A DNA stretch of 64,000 nt. It comes from Betaproteobacteria bacterium (GTDB taxonomy: Bacteria; Pseudomonadota; Gammaproteobacteria; Burkholderiales; SG8-39). This document shows, piece by piece, positions 33,370 to 42,987 of the stretch (position 1 is the stretch's first letter; each line of letters starts with the position of its first letter). The DNA is taken from contig JAJDOG010000096.1 of NCBI GenBank assembly GCA_022340285.1, positions 24,934-88,933 of the forward strand, given 5' to 3'. The position numbers and the translations under genes were made by a program. The notes beneath the pieces are model-generated. The model was not told where the DNA came from. It saw only the letters and a program-made list of their open reading frames with translations, and made no database searches.

Positions 33370-34608
33370 ATGACGGAAGCATCGCATACCCGATCGGTCG
33401 GCGCGGTCGTGCCGCGCCGGTTGAGCTTCGACGCGCCCCTTACATTCAGGAGCGGCGCGGTGCTCGACTCGTACGACCTCGTCTACGAGACGTACGGAAC
33501 GCTCAACGCGGCGCGCTCCAACGCGGTGCTGATCTGCCATGCGCTGAACGCGTCGCATCACGTTGCCGGCTACTACGCGGACGATCCGAACAACGTCGGG
33601 TGGTGGGACAACATGATCGGTCCCGGCAAGCCGGTCGACACCGACCGCTTCTTCGTGATCGGCGTGAACAATCTCGGGAGCTGCTTCGGATCCACCGGCC
33701 CCGCGTCGCTCGATCCGCGTAGCGGCAAGCCGTACGGCTCGCGATTCCCGGTGATCACGGTCGAGGACTGGGTCGCAAGTCAGGCGCGACTCGCCGATCG
33801 GCTCGGGATCGAGCGCTTCGCCGCGGTGATGGGCGGCAGCCTCGGTGGCATGCAGGCCATCGCGTGGGCAACGGCATTTCCGGACCGGATCGCCAACGCG
33901 ATCGCGGTGGCGGCGACGCCCAAGCTGACCGCGCAGAACATCGCCTTCAACGAGGTCGCACGCCGCGCGATCGTCACCGACCCCGACTTTCACGGCGGCG
34001 ACTACTACGAGTATGGCGTGAAGCCCAAGCGGGGCCTGCGGCTCGCGCGGATGATCGGCCACATCACGTACCTGTCGGATGACGCGATGATGGAGAAATT
34101 CGGCCGGATCCTGCGCTCCGACGAGATCGGCTACCACTTCGACGTGGATTTCGAGGTGGAGTCCTACCTGCGCTACCAGAGCGATAAGTTTGCCGAGTAC
34201 TTCGACGCGAATACCTATCTCCTGATCACGCGCGCGCTCGACTACTACGACCCGGCACGCGATTTCGATCACGACCTCACTGCGGCCCTCGCGGCGGCGC
34301 GGGCACGCTTCCTGGTGGTTTCGTTCACGTCGGACTGGCGCTTTGCGCCGGAGCATTCGCGCCTGATCGTCAAGGGACTCCTCGACAATCGCCGCGACGT
34401 GTCGTATGCCGAGATCGACGCACCGCACGGCCACGACGCGTTCCTGCTGGACGATTCGCGCTATCACGCCCTGGTGCGCGCCTACTTCGGCAACGTCGCG
34501 CGCGCAGTCGGCGCCGACGTCTCGACCGCCGCCGACCTCGAGCTGCCGGGCGAGCCGCTGGTGGGCGGAGAACGGACCGAAGGATCCAGCGAAGGATTCG
34601 CCGCATGA
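33370..34608 (+). CDS. metX: homoserine O-acyltransferase (MetX)
   Basis: 412-aa alpha/beta-hydrolase ORF typical of MetX (…[10 protein letters not shown]…, nucleophile motif GGSLGGMQA, …[11 protein letters not shown]…). Confidence 0.93.
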   Translation: MTEASHTRSVGAVVPRRLSFDAPLTFRSGAVLDSYDLVYETYGTLNAARSNAVLICHALNASHHVAGYYADDPNNVGWWDNMIGPGKPVDTDRFFVIGVNNLGSCFGSTGPASLDPRSGKPYGSRFPVITVEDWVASQARLADRLGIERFAAVMGGSLGGMQAIAWATAFPDRIANAIAVAATPKLTAQNIAFNEVARRAIVTDPDFHGGDYYEYGVKPKRGLRLARMIGHITYLSDDAMMEKFGRILRSDEIGYHFDVDFEVESYLRYQSDKFAEYFDANTYLLITRALDYYDPARDFDHDLTAALAAARARFLVVSFTSDWRFAPEHSRLIVKGLLDNRRDVSYAEIDAPHGHDAFLLDDSRYHALVRAYFGNVARAVGADVSTAADLELPGEPLVGGERTEGSSEGFAA

Positions 34609-35222
34609 CCGGCCCGGAGCTCACGCGGCTCGCCGAGCGCGCTGACCTGAAGGCGATTGCCGGCTGGGTGCGCCAGGGCGCCTCGGTGCTCGACCTCGGC
34701 TGCGGCGACGGATTGCTGCTCAAGCATCTCGCGCAGACGCGCAGCGTGCGCGGCTACGGGGTGGAGATCGAGGACGCGAAAGTGATCGCCTGCGTCGGCA
34801 ACGGCGTGAACGTGATCCAGATCGACCTCGAGCGCGGCTTGTCGGACTTCGATTCGGGCTCCTTCGACTACGTGATCCTGTCGCTCACGCTCCAGGCCGT
34901 GCTTCACACCGAGCGAATCGTGGGCGAAATGCTGCGAATCGGGCGCGAGGCGATCGTCACGTTTCCGAACTTCGGCCACTGGGCGGCACGCTGGCAGATC
35001 ATCCGCGGGCGCATGCCCGTGTCGAAGACGCTTCCGTACCAGTGGTACGAAACACCCAACGTCCACCTTTTCACGATCGAGGACTTCGAGCGGTTCTGCC
35101 GTGCGCTCGGGATTCGCGTGCTCGAGCGCGTCGTCCTGCACGACGGCGACGCAGTGCGATTTCTGCCAAATCTGCGCGGGAGCGTCGCCGTCTACCGCAT
35201 TCAGCGTAGCGCGAGCGCCTGA
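34605..35222 (+). CDS. metW: methionine biosynthesis protein MetW
   Basis: 205-aa SAM-methyltransferase-like ORF (VLDLGCGDG). Its ATGA overlaps the metX stop. Confidence 0.9.
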   Translation: MTGPELTRLAERADLKAIAGWVRQGASVLDLGCGDGLLLKHLAQTRSVRGYGVEIEDAKVIACVGNGVNVIQIDLERGLSDFDSGSFDYVILSLTLQAVLHTERIVGEMLRIGREAIVTFPNFGHWAARWQIIRGRMPVSKTLPYQWYETPNVHLFTIEDFERFCRALGIRVLERVVLHDGDAVRFLPNLRGSVAVYRIQRSASA

Positions 35223-35229
35223 CGCCGGC

Positions 35230-36717
35230 GTGCCGTTCACCCGCTCCAGCCTGCTGCGCTCCAAGTTCTTCTGGGTCGCGGTGCTCTACTTTTCCGAGGG
35301 CTTTCCCCTCGGTGTGTTCTACGAGCTCTTCCCGGTCTACTTCCGCCAGCAGGGCGTGGAGCTCCGGGACATCGGCGTCATCAGCCTGCTGGGACTCGCC
35401 TGGACGTTGAAATTCCTCTGGGCGCCGGCGGTGGATCACTACCGGCATCATCGGCTCTGGATGGCCGCGGTCGATCTCGCCATGGGCGCCGTGTTGATCG
35501 CCTTCGCGGCCACCCAGGGCTTCGGACCGTGGGTGTGGGCGGCGATCGGCACGTTCACCGTGCTCTCGGCCACGAACGACGTCGCCATCGACGGCTACAC
35601 CATCGAGCTTCTCGACCGGCGCGAGTTCGGGCTCGCGAACGGCATCCGCATCGGCTTCTACCGGGTCGGCATGCTCGCCTCGGGCCTGGTGCTCGTCCTC
35701 TCGGACTGGATCACATGGCCCGGAGCATTCCTGTGCGGCTCCGGCATCCTCGCGGCCTGTGCCATAGTCGTTCTCATGGCGCCGCGCGAGCGGACCGTCG
35801 AGCGCGACGAACAGATCTCGCTCCGCGCGGAGGTTGTGCGGATCGTCACCGATCCGAGATCGGCCGCGCTGGTCGTCGGGCTCGCACTGGGCACGCTCTG
35901 GCTCGTGGACAACGTCACCCACTGGTCGGCGGCCTGGCCGGCATTCTGGGCCGCCGCCTGGGGTGCGGCAGCGGCCGCGATCGCGTTCGCCTGGATCGCG
36001 CGCGCCCGGCGCGAGCGCTCGCGCGCAGATGGGTCCGTTCCAGCGGTGCGCGGGCCGATGTTCGGTGCACTCTTCGAGCTGCTCGCGCGGCCGTATATCT
36101 GGCCGGTGCTCCTGTTCGTGCTGATCTTCAAGCTCGGCGACGCGTCGATGGGTTTCATGGTGAAGCCGTTCTGGGTGGATGCCCAGTTCACAGCGACGGA
36201 GATCGGTCTCGTCTCCGTCAACATCGGCCTCACACTATCGATCGCCGGGGGACTCGTAGGAGGCTGGTACGCGGACCGCGCGGGAATCTTCAAGGCCCTT
36301 TGGGTGCTGGGCCTCTTCCAGGCGCTGTCGAATCTCGGCTACGCGGTCGCGGCCGCGGTGATTCCCTATGGGGCGGGCGCATCGCCTGAAGCCTGGCATC
36401 GCGTGGTGATGTACTCGGCGAGCGCCGCGGAGTCCTTCACCGGCGGCCTGGGCACCGCGGCATTTCTCGCGTTCCTGATGGCGATCGTGGACAAGCGCCA
36501 TTCGGCAACCGAGTACGCGCTGCTCTCGTCGGTCTTCGCGCTCTCGCGATCGGTGGCGGGCTGGGCGGGCGGGTTCGGCGCGCAGGAATTTGGCTACGCT
36601 CACTACTTCCTGCTGACCTTCTTTCTCTCGTTCCCCGCCTATGCACTCCTTCCATGGGTCCGGCGAATGCTGGACTTCGCCGATGCCCGCAATCGCGGCA
36701 TCGCCGCGACGGGATAG
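35230..36717 (+). CDS. ampG: AmpG-family muropeptide/MFS permease
   Basis: Track ORF 35101-36717 overlaps metW. I trimmed it to the GTG at 35230, and the start is uncertain. The motif …LGLAWTLKFLWAPAVDHY… matches the AmpG KFLW(S/A)P..D signature. Polytopic. Confidence 0.8.
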   Translation: MPFTRSSLLRSKFFWVAVLYFSEGFPLGVFYELFPVYFRQQGVELRDIGVISLLGLAWTLKFLWAPAVDHYRHHRLWMAAVDLAMGAVLIAFAATQGFGPWVWAAIGTFTVLSATNDVAIDGYTIELLDRREFGLANGIRIGFYRVGMLASGLVLVLSDWITWPGAFLCGSGILAACAIVVLMAPRERTVERDEQISLRAEVVRIVTDPRSAALVVGLALGTLWLVDNVTHWSAAWPAFWAAAWGAAAAAIAFAWIARARRERSRADGSVPAVRGPMFGALFELLARPYIWPVLLFVLIFKLGDASMGFMVKPFWVDAQFTATEIGLVSVNIGLTLSIAGGLVGGWYADRAGIFKALWVLGLFQALSNLGYAVAAAVIPYGAGASPEAWHRVVMYSASAAESFTGGLGTAAFLAFLMAIVDKRHSATEYALLSSVFALSRSVAGWAGGFGAQEFGYAHYFLLTFFLSFPAYALLPWVRRMLDFADARNRGIAATG

Positions 36718-36788
36718 CGGCATCGCGCAGGCTCATGTGATACCGTTCCCGGTGATTCCTATCAATCGACGATTCGGGGCCGTTCGCC

Positions 36789-37922
36789 ATGAATGATCCG
36801 AAACGGATGCTGGGCTGGATGCTGGTTTTCCTCGTGGCGGTCGCCGTGGCCTGCGCGCTGCTTTTCAGTCCTCTGAAGAGCGCGTTCCTGGCAAACCAGG
36901 TCTTCAACGGCTTGATCCTGGCGGTGTTCGCGATCGGCATCGCGATCAATTTCCTGCAGGTCGTGACGCTCGGCCCGGCGAACGACTGGATCCGCGTCAC
37001 CGAGCGCGGCCCGGTGCCGCGCGATGCGCCGAGCCTCCTCGCGCCGATGGCGCGAATGTTCGGCAGTCGCGAAAGGGAGGGCCTGCGCCTCTCCACGATG
37101 GCCATGCGCTCCATGCTGGACGGCATCCGGATGCGTCTCGACGAGTCCCGCGACATCTCGCGCTACATGATCGGGTTGATGGTGTTCCTCGGCCTGCTCG
37201 GAACATTCTGGGGACTGCTCGACACCGTGGGCGGCGTCAGCAAGGTGATCGGCGGACTTACCGGGGGCGCGGGAGATCCGAGCGCCGTCTTCGACGGGCT
37301 CAAGCGCGACCTGCAGGGGCCGCTCACGGGCATGGGGACGGCATTCAGCTCGTCGCTATTCGGCCTCGGTGGCGCGCTGGCGCTCGGCGTCCTCGATCTC
37401 CAGGCCGGCCACGCGCAGAACCGGTTCTACAACTACCTCGAGGAATGGCTCGCCACGCTGGCCCACCTGCCGAGCGGACGGCTCGGGGCCGATGGCGAGC
37501 AATCCCCCCTGCCGACCTACATCGAGGCGCTGCTCGAGCAGACTGCGGACAATCTGGATCAACTGCAGCGCACGCTTGCGCGCAGCGAAGAGGATCGCCG
37601 CGCGACGCAGACGAGCCTGGCCAACCTGGGCGACCAGCTCTCGGCGCTGACCGACCAGCTGCGCTCCGAGCAGAAGCTGATCCTCAGCCTGGCCAAGGGG
37701 CAGACCGACCTGCAGCCGGTCATCGCCGAGCTCGCAACCCAGGTCGCCAGCGCCCTCGGCGGCACCGAGCAGATGCGCGACTACCTGCGCAGCTCCGATC
37801 TCTCGCTGAGGCGGCTGCTCGATGAGGTCGCGGCGGCGCGCGAGCAGGTGCCCCAGCAGCTCCGCGACGAAGTGCGGCTGCTCGCGCAGACCCTCGGTCG
37901 GAAGGCACCCACGGAGAGCTGA
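36789..37922 (+). CDS. MotA/TolQ/ExbB-type proton-channel (stator A-like) protein with about 160-aa C-terminal coiled-coil tail
   Basis: 377 aa with four hydrophobic helices. The last two carry GLLGTFWGLL and MGTAFSSSLFGLGGALALG, the MotA_ExbB-type signatures. A heptad-like tail follows (LEQTADNLDQLQRTLARSEEDRRATQTSLANLGDQLSALTDQLRSEQKL…). Confidence 0.7.
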   Translation: MNDPKRMLGWMLVFLVAVAVACALLFSPLKSAFLANQVFNGLILAVFAIGIAINFLQVVTLGPANDWIRVTERGPVPRDAPSLLAPMARMFGSREREGLRLSTMAMRSMLDGIRMRLDESRDISRYMIGLMVFLGLLGTFWGLLDTVGGVSKVIGGLTGGAGDPSAVFDGLKRDLQGPLTGMGTAFSSSLFGLGGALALGVLDLQAGHAQNRFYNYLEEWLATLAHLPSGRLGADGEQSPLPTYIEALLEQTADNLDQLQRTLARSEEDRRATQTSLANLGDQLSALTDQLRSEQKLILSLAKGQTDLQPVIAELATQVASALGGTEQMRDYLRSSDLSLRRLLDEVAAAREQVPQQLRDEVRLLAQTLGRKAPTES

Positions 37923-37933
37923 GCGCGTCCGCC

Positions 37934-39106
37934 ATGCTCGCGCTCTCGCGCCGCAATCGCTACGGCATCAACGTCTGGCCGGCGTTCGTCGACGCGTTGG
38001 CCTCCGTGCTGCTGGTCTTCGTGTTCGTCCTGCTCGTGTTCGTGGTCGGCTACTTCGTGCTGGGAGACACGCTTGCGGGCAAGACCCGCGCGCTCGACGA
38101 GCTGGGGCGGCAGGTCACCGCGCTGGCCGAGACGCTCTCGCTGGAGCGCGCGCGCAGCGCGGATCTCCAGTCCCGGCTCGACGACCTTGCGACGCGCCTG
38201 CAGGCCACCCTGGCGGAGCGCGCCGGAGCGATGGCAAGGGCGGAGGCGGCTGAAGGCGCCGCGGCAAGGCTGCGTGGCGAGCTCGACGAGTCGACCGCCC
38301 GGATCGCATCGAGCGAGGAGGAAGTTGCACGGCAGAAGCAGGAACTCGCGAGCCTACAGGCGGATATCGAATCGCTGCGGCAGCTGCGCGCCGACCTCGA
38401 GCGCCGTGCCGCAGAGCTCGCCGCCACGGTTCAGCAGCGCGACCGAGACCTGACCGCGAGCGAATCGCAGAACGCGCTGCTCGAGGCGCGCGTGAATCTC
38501 CTCAACCAGCAGATCGCCGCATTGCGCGATCAGCTCGCGCAGCTCTCCGCGGCGCTCGATCTTGCCAGGGTAGAAGCGAAGAGGAAAGACGCGCAGATCG
38601 CCGATCTCGGCGAGCGCCTCAACATCGCGCTCGCGCGCAAGGTCGACGAGCTCCAGCGCTATCGTTCTGAGTTTTTTGGGCGCCTGCGCGAGATCCTGGG
38701 CAAGTACCCGGGCATCCGGATCGAGGGCGACCGATTCGTGTTCCAGTCGGAGCTGCTCTTTCCGACTGCGTCCGCGACGCTGACGCCGGAAGGCCAGCGC
38801 CAGCTTGCGCAACTCGCCAAGACGCTCAAATCCACGACCGCGCAGATTCCCGACGACATCGACTGGGTGCTGCGCGTCGACGGGCACACCGACCTCCGGC
38901 CGATCAACACGGTGCGCTATCCCTCGAACTGGGATCTGTCGACGGCGCGCGCGCTATCGGTCGTCGAGTTCCTGATCAGCCAGGGCATTCCGCCGAACCG
39001 GCTGGTGGCTGCGGGATTCGGTGAATTCCATCCGATCGACAAGGCCGTGACGCCGGAAGCACTGGCGCGCAACCGGCGCATCGAGATCAAGCTGACGCAG
39101 CCCTAG
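37934..39106 (+). CDS. MotB/OmpA-type (stator B-like) protein with about 200-aa coiled coil between the TM and the peptidoglycan-binding domain
   Basis: 390 aa, starting 12 nt after the upstream stop. It has an N-terminal TM with an embedded Asp (NVWPAFVD20ALASVLLVF) and a long Ala/Leu/Arg/Glu/Gln helical region. The C-terminal OmpA-like domain shows NWDLSTARA…NRRIEIKL. Confidence 0.75.
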   Translation: MLALSRRNRYGINVWPAFVDALASVLLVFVFVLLVFVVGYFVLGDTLAGKTRALDELGRQVTALAETLSLERARSADLQSRLDDLATRLQATLAERAGAMARAEAAEGAAARLRGELDESTARIASSEEEVARQKQELASLQADIESLRQLRADLERRAAELAATVQQRDRDLTASESQNALLEARVNLLNQQIAALRDQLAQLSAALDLARVEAKRKDAQIADLGERLNIALARKVDELQRYRSEFFGRLREILGKYPGIRIEGDRFVFQSELLFPTASATLTPEGQRQLAQLAKTLKSTTAQIPDDIDWVLRVDGHTDLRPINTVRYPSNWDLSTARALSVVEFLISQGIPPNRLVAAGFGEFHPIDKAVTPEALARNRRIEIKLTQP

Positions 39107-39146
39107 CTTTGCGCCGCTAATCCTGCCGACCCGAGGAGAAATCGCA

Positions 39147-39971
39147 ATGGCAAGGAAGTTCATCGACCTCTCGATCTACCTCGAGAACGACGTCGTTTCC
39201 GACCCTTCTCCATTCGCACCGAAGATCGAGTATTTCGACCACGACTCGACCTACGGCCAGATGGCGCCGTTCTTTCCGGGATTGACGAAGGAAGATCTCC
39301 CCGACGGCGCCGCGTGGGCCATCGAGAGGATCGAGCTCATCACTCACAACGGCACGCATCTCGACGCGCCGTATCACTTCCATCCCACCATGAACCACGG
39401 CGAGCGGGCGATCACCATCGACGAGGTGCCGCTCGAATGGTGCTTCCAGCCCGGCGTGAAGCTCGATTTCCGTGCGCTTCCCGACGGCTACGTGGTGACG
39501 GCGAAGGACGTCGAGACCGAGCTCGCGCGCATCGGCCACGAGCTGAAGCCGCTCGAGATCGTGGTCGTCAACACGCGTGCGGGCAGCCGGTATGGCAACA
39601 ACGACTATGTGAGCGCGGGATGCGGCATGGGCTACGAGGCCACGATGTATCTTCTCGAGCGCGGCGTGCGGCTCACGGGCATCGACGCCTGGAGCTGGGA
39701 CGCCCCGTTCGTCTACACCGCGGAGAAGTACAAGGAGACCGGCGACGCCTCTCTCATCTGGGAAGGGCACAAGGCGGGGCGCCACATCGGCTACTGCCAC
39801 CTCGAGAAGCTGCACAATCTCGAGGCGCTGCCGCCGCACGGCTTCGTGATCGCGTGCTTCCCGCACAAGATCCGGGGTGCGTCGGCGGGATGGACGCGCG
39901 CGGTGGCTATCGTGGATGACGTGCTGCTTGCCTCGACCGAGCGGGAGCGCGCCGCGCTCGCCGCGGACTGA
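39147..39971 (+). CDS. cyclase-family protein (kynurenine formamidase-like fold)
   Basis: 274-aa ORF with the cyclase-family metal motif ITHNGTHLDAPYHFH. It starts 40 nt after the stator-B-like gene. Confidence 0.8.
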   Translation: MARKFIDLSIYLENDVVSDPSPFAPKIEYFDHDSTYGQMAPFFPGLTKEDLPDGAAWAIERIELITHNGTHLDAPYHFHPTMNHGERAITIDEVPLEWCFQPGVKLDFRALPDGYVVTAKDVETELARIGHELKPLEIVVVNTRAGSRYGNNDYVSAGCGMGYEATMYLLERGVRLTGIDAWSWDAPFVYTAEKYKETGDASLIWEGHKAGRHIGYCHLEKLHNLEALPPHGFVIACFPHKIRGASAGWTRAVAIVDDVLLASTERERAALAAD

Positions 39972-39982
39972 AGGGGCAGGGC

Positions 39983-41002
39983 ATGGGCAAGAACCCGCTC
40001 GACGGCTTCACGGTCGACCGAGCGTCGATCCGCTACATCGGTCACGATCTGCAGCGCCCGGAGTGCATCCTGGCCGAACCGGACGGCACGCTGTGGTCCG
40101 CCGACGCGCGTGGCGGCGTGATGCGCATTGCTCCCGACGGCACACAGACAATGATCACCCAGCAGTCGAACGCGCAGTTCCAGTCCACCGCGGATTTCGA
40201 GGCCCGCTTCACCCAGGGCACGTTGCCGAACGGGCTGGCGTTCGCCGCGAACGGCGATTTCCTGATCGCGAATTTCGGGACGGATGCGCTCGAGGTCATG
40301 ACGCGCGACGGCCGCTCGCGCACACTCTACGACACGATCGAGGGCAAGCCGATCGGCAAGGTCAACTTCGTGCTGCGCGATTCGCGGGACCGGATGTGGC
40401 TCACCATCTCGACGCGCGTGAATCCCTGGACGGCCGCGGTCCGGCCGGGGCTGGACGACGGCTACGTCGCCGTCGCCGATGAGCGCGGCTTGCGAGTCGT
40501 CGCCGAGGGCTTCTGCTTCACCAACGAGGTGCGGCTCGACGCCAGGGAGGAGTGGCTCTACATCGTGGAAACGACGGGCAAGCGCGTGAGCCGCATGCGC
40601 GTCACCCCCGAGGCCGAGCTGCGCGACCGCGAGGTATTCGGCCCCGAGCCGCTCGGCACGGGCTTCCCTGACGGCATCGCCTTCGATGCTTATGGCAACC
40701 TGTGGTGCACGATGCTCATGGCCGACCGATTGATCGCGATCACGCCCGAAGGCGACTTGCGCGTTCTCCTGGACGACGGGGACCCGGAAGCCACGGCAGC
40801 GATGGAGGCGAAGTTCGCAAAGAGCGAGGCCACCGCAGAGGACATGCGGCGCACGAAGGGGACCATCGCGCCCTGGATGGCGAGCGTGACGTTCGGCGGC
40901 TCCGATCTCCGAACGGCCTATATCGGGAGCCTGATCGGCACGCGGATTCCCTACTTCCGCTCGCCGGTTGCCGGACTGCCGATGGTGCACTGGCGACCCT
41001 GA
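39983..41002 (+). CDS. SMP-30/gluconolactonase/LRE-family beta-propeller protein
   Basis: 339-aa ORF with repeated propeller-blade motifs (…LPNGLAFAANGDFLIANFG…, …PDGIAFDAYGNLWCT…). Confidence 0.75.
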   Translation: MGKNPLDGFTVDRASIRYIGHDLQRPECILAEPDGTLWSADARGGVMRIAPDGTQTMITQQSNAQFQSTADFEARFTQGTLPNGLAFAANGDFLIANFGTDALEVMTRDGRSRTLYDTIEGKPIGKVNFVLRDSRDRMWLTISTRVNPWTAAVRPGLDDGYVAVADERGLRVVAEGFCFTNEVRLDAREEWLYIVETTGKRVSRMRVTPEAELRDREVFGPEPLGTGFPDGIAFDAYGNLWCTMLMADRLIAITPEGDLRVLLDDGDPEATAAMEAKFAKSEATAEDMRRTKGTIAPWMASVTFGGSDLRTAYIGSLIGTRIPYFRSPVAGLPMVHWRP

Positions 41003-41132
41003 GCCGCGGTCGAGCGATTCGAGAACGTGTCAGTGTTCGAGCGACCTAGCAAGCGAGGGATCTACAAGGCTCCCTTGTTCGTGCGTCCGCCTCTCGTTGG
41101 AACGAGCGGCCACGCAGATTTCCAGACGACTT

Positions 41133-41909
41133 TCAGATACTGACGTCGTAGTCGATCGTGAGCGGCGCGTGGTCTGAAAATCGCGCGGCTTTGTAGATCC
41201 GCGCTCGTTTTGCCTTCGCCGCGATACCGGGCGTCGCGATCTGGTAGTCGATCCGCCACCCCACGTTCTTCGCCCACGCCTGCCCGCGATTCGACCACCA
41301 GGTGTACTGCTCGGCGCGCGGATCGAGCGCGCGGAAGACATCGACCCAGCCCGCCTTTTCGAACACCTCGCTGAGCCACGCACGCTCCTCCGGCAGAAAG
41401 CCCGAGTTCTTCTGGTTCCCGCGCCAGTTCTTGAGGTCGATCTCGCGGTGCGCGATGTTCCAGTCGCCGGCAAGGATGAATTCGCGTCCGCTCTTCCGCA
41501 GCCGCCTCAGGTACGGCATGAACTCATCCATGAAGCGGAACTTCGCCTGCTGCCGTATCTCCGAGCTGGATCCGGAAGGCAGATACACGGAGATCACCGA
41601 GAGCTTTCCGTAATCGACGCGCAGAAAACGCCCCTCCGGGTCGAATTCCCGACTGCCGAATCCCGCCGTCACGCGATCGGGCGCCTTCCGGCAATAGAGC
41701 CCCACTCCGGAATATCCCTTCTTCTCGGCGCAATGGAAGAAGCCGTGCAACTTGTCCGGCATGAGAATTGCGGAGTCGAGGTCGCTTTGATGCGCTTTGA
41801 CCTCTTGCATGCAGACGATGTCAGGACGACTTTTTTGCAGCCAGCCCAAGAATCCGCGACGGATTGCCGACCGGATTCCGTTGAGATTCAGAGTAGTGAT
41901 GCGTAGCAC
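41133..41909 (-). CDS. xth: exodeoxyribonuclease III
   Basis: Track ORF 41133-42062 trimmed to the GTG at 41909 (VLRITTLNLNGIRSA…CMQEVK…). This gives 258 aa, the normal Xth length. The EEP-family C-terminus reads …RFSDHAPLTIDY. Confidence 0.88.
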   Translation of the reverse strand: MLRITTLNLNGIRSAIRRGFLGWLQKSRPDIVCMQEVKAHQSDLDSAILMPDKLHGFFHCAEKKGYSGVGLYCRKAPDRVTAGFGSREFDPEGRFLRVDYGKLSVISVYLPSGSSSEIRQQAKFRFMDEFMPYLRRLRKSGREFILAGDWNIAHREIDLKNWRGNQKNSGFLPEERAWLSEVFEKAGWVDVFRALDPRAEQYTWWSNRGQAWAKNVGWRIDYQIATPGIAAKAKRARIYKAARFSDHAPLTIDYDVSI

Positions 41910-42265
41910 GTTGAAATCAGGAATGAAAATCGTCGGATTCCCGCCGCGTCGCGGCGCTCGCCGGGGCAATCTGGGGCTTGCGGCACGACGCGCCGTCCTA
42001 TCGGCACGTTGGATGCGCGGACTGACGAAACTCGGCACATTGCGCCGCGCGGGGTACGGCACACGAAGAACGTGCGGTAAGTCCTCGCAACGTATGTGGA
42101 ATTTTACGCAAAGCCTTGCCCGACACCGTGCTTATTGCGCTGCGAAGCGTTCCAATAGGCTGGGTGCGCCAGGAACGGGAAAAACGGCGTAGGGTAACCC
42201 CACGCTGCGCAACTCGCTCGCTTTTTGCCCACCATATATAACGACGACACGGAGAGACGGTCATC

Positions 42266-42904
42266 ATGAAATGCGCGAAGACCCTGTTTATCGTCTTCTG
42301 CGCGCTCCTCGCCGCGGGAACCGCGGGTGCGCAGAAACTGTATAAGTACGTCGACGAGAATGGGCGTACCCGCTACACCGACCGGCCGCCGATCGACATG
42401 ACCGGCCGCGCGTCCGAACAGCTCAACTCGCAGGGCACGGTGGTCAGGCGCAACGCGGCTGCGCTCACGCCCGAAGAAATCGCGGCACGCGAAGAAGAGG
42501 AACGCAAGAAGCGGGAAGCCGCTGCGATCGCCCGCGAAGAGAACCGCAAGAATCGCGCGTTGCTCGCCACCTATCCTTCGATCAAGGACATCGACGACGC
42601 GCGCGCGCGGGCGCTCGCGAACAACACCGAGTCGACCCGGCAGATCAAGCTGCGCATCGCCGACCTGGAAAGGCGTCATGCCAAGCTGGAGAAGGACGCC
42701 GCGCCCTACAAGGACAAGCCGTTGCCCGCCGAGCTCCGGCGCGAATCCTTCGAGATCGATAGCGATCTCCGCGCGCAGCGCGAGCTTCTCGAAGTGAAAC
42801 AGCAGGAAGTCACAGCGATCAACGCTCGCTACGACGAGGACAAGCGCCGCTACCAGCAGATCACGGGTATAACCGCCGCGCCCTCCGCGTCCGTCGCCCA
42901 GTAG
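42266..42904 (+). CDS. DUF4124 domain-containing secreted protein
   Basis: Signal peptide followed by LYKYVDENGRTRYTDRPP, the DUF4124 signature as I remember it. The remainder is charged and coiled-coil-like. Confidence 0.7.
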   Translation: MKCAKTLFIVFCALLAAGTAGAQKLYKYVDENGRTRYTDRPPIDMTGRASEQLNSQGTVVRRNAAALTPEEIAAREEEERKKREAAAIAREENRKNRALLATYPSIKDIDDARARALANNTESTRQIKLRIADLERRHAKLEKDAAPYKDKPLPAELRRESFEIDSDLRAQRELLEVKQQEVTAINARYDEDKRRYQQITGITAAPSASVAQ

Positions 42905-42921
42905 CCCGGCACTGCCCTACC

Positions 42922-42975
42922 GGGAAGGGGGTAACGGGGGAAACCAGGCGGTTTTCCCCTGTTCGCTACCTTCCC
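42922..42975. terminator. long imperfect stem-loop between convergent genes (possible bidirectional terminator)
   Basis: Inner stem GGGGGAAAC (42936-42944) pairs with GTTTTCCCC (42951-42959). Outer arms GGGAAGG (42922-42928) and CCTTCCC (42969-42975) also pair. There is no canonical U-tract. Confidence 0.4.
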
Positions 42976-42987
42976 CCTGCTTCCCGC

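Noticed and set aside
36789-39106. Calling the MotA/MotB-like pair a Zorya (ZorAB) defence system.
   Set aside because: No ZorC/ZorD (type I) or ZorE (type II) like genes are adjacent. The A-subunit tail is much shorter than I remember for ZorA, and the long coiled coil sits in the B subunit. I kept it as an unclassified stator-like module rather than a Zorya call.
42002-42016. Sigma54-type promoter CGGCACGTTGGATGC upstream of the DUF4124 gene.
   Set aside because: Only the GG-N10-GC spacing and part of the -24 element fit. It lies about 250 nt from the start codon, and no enhancer-binding protein gene is nearby. That is insufficient for a feature call.
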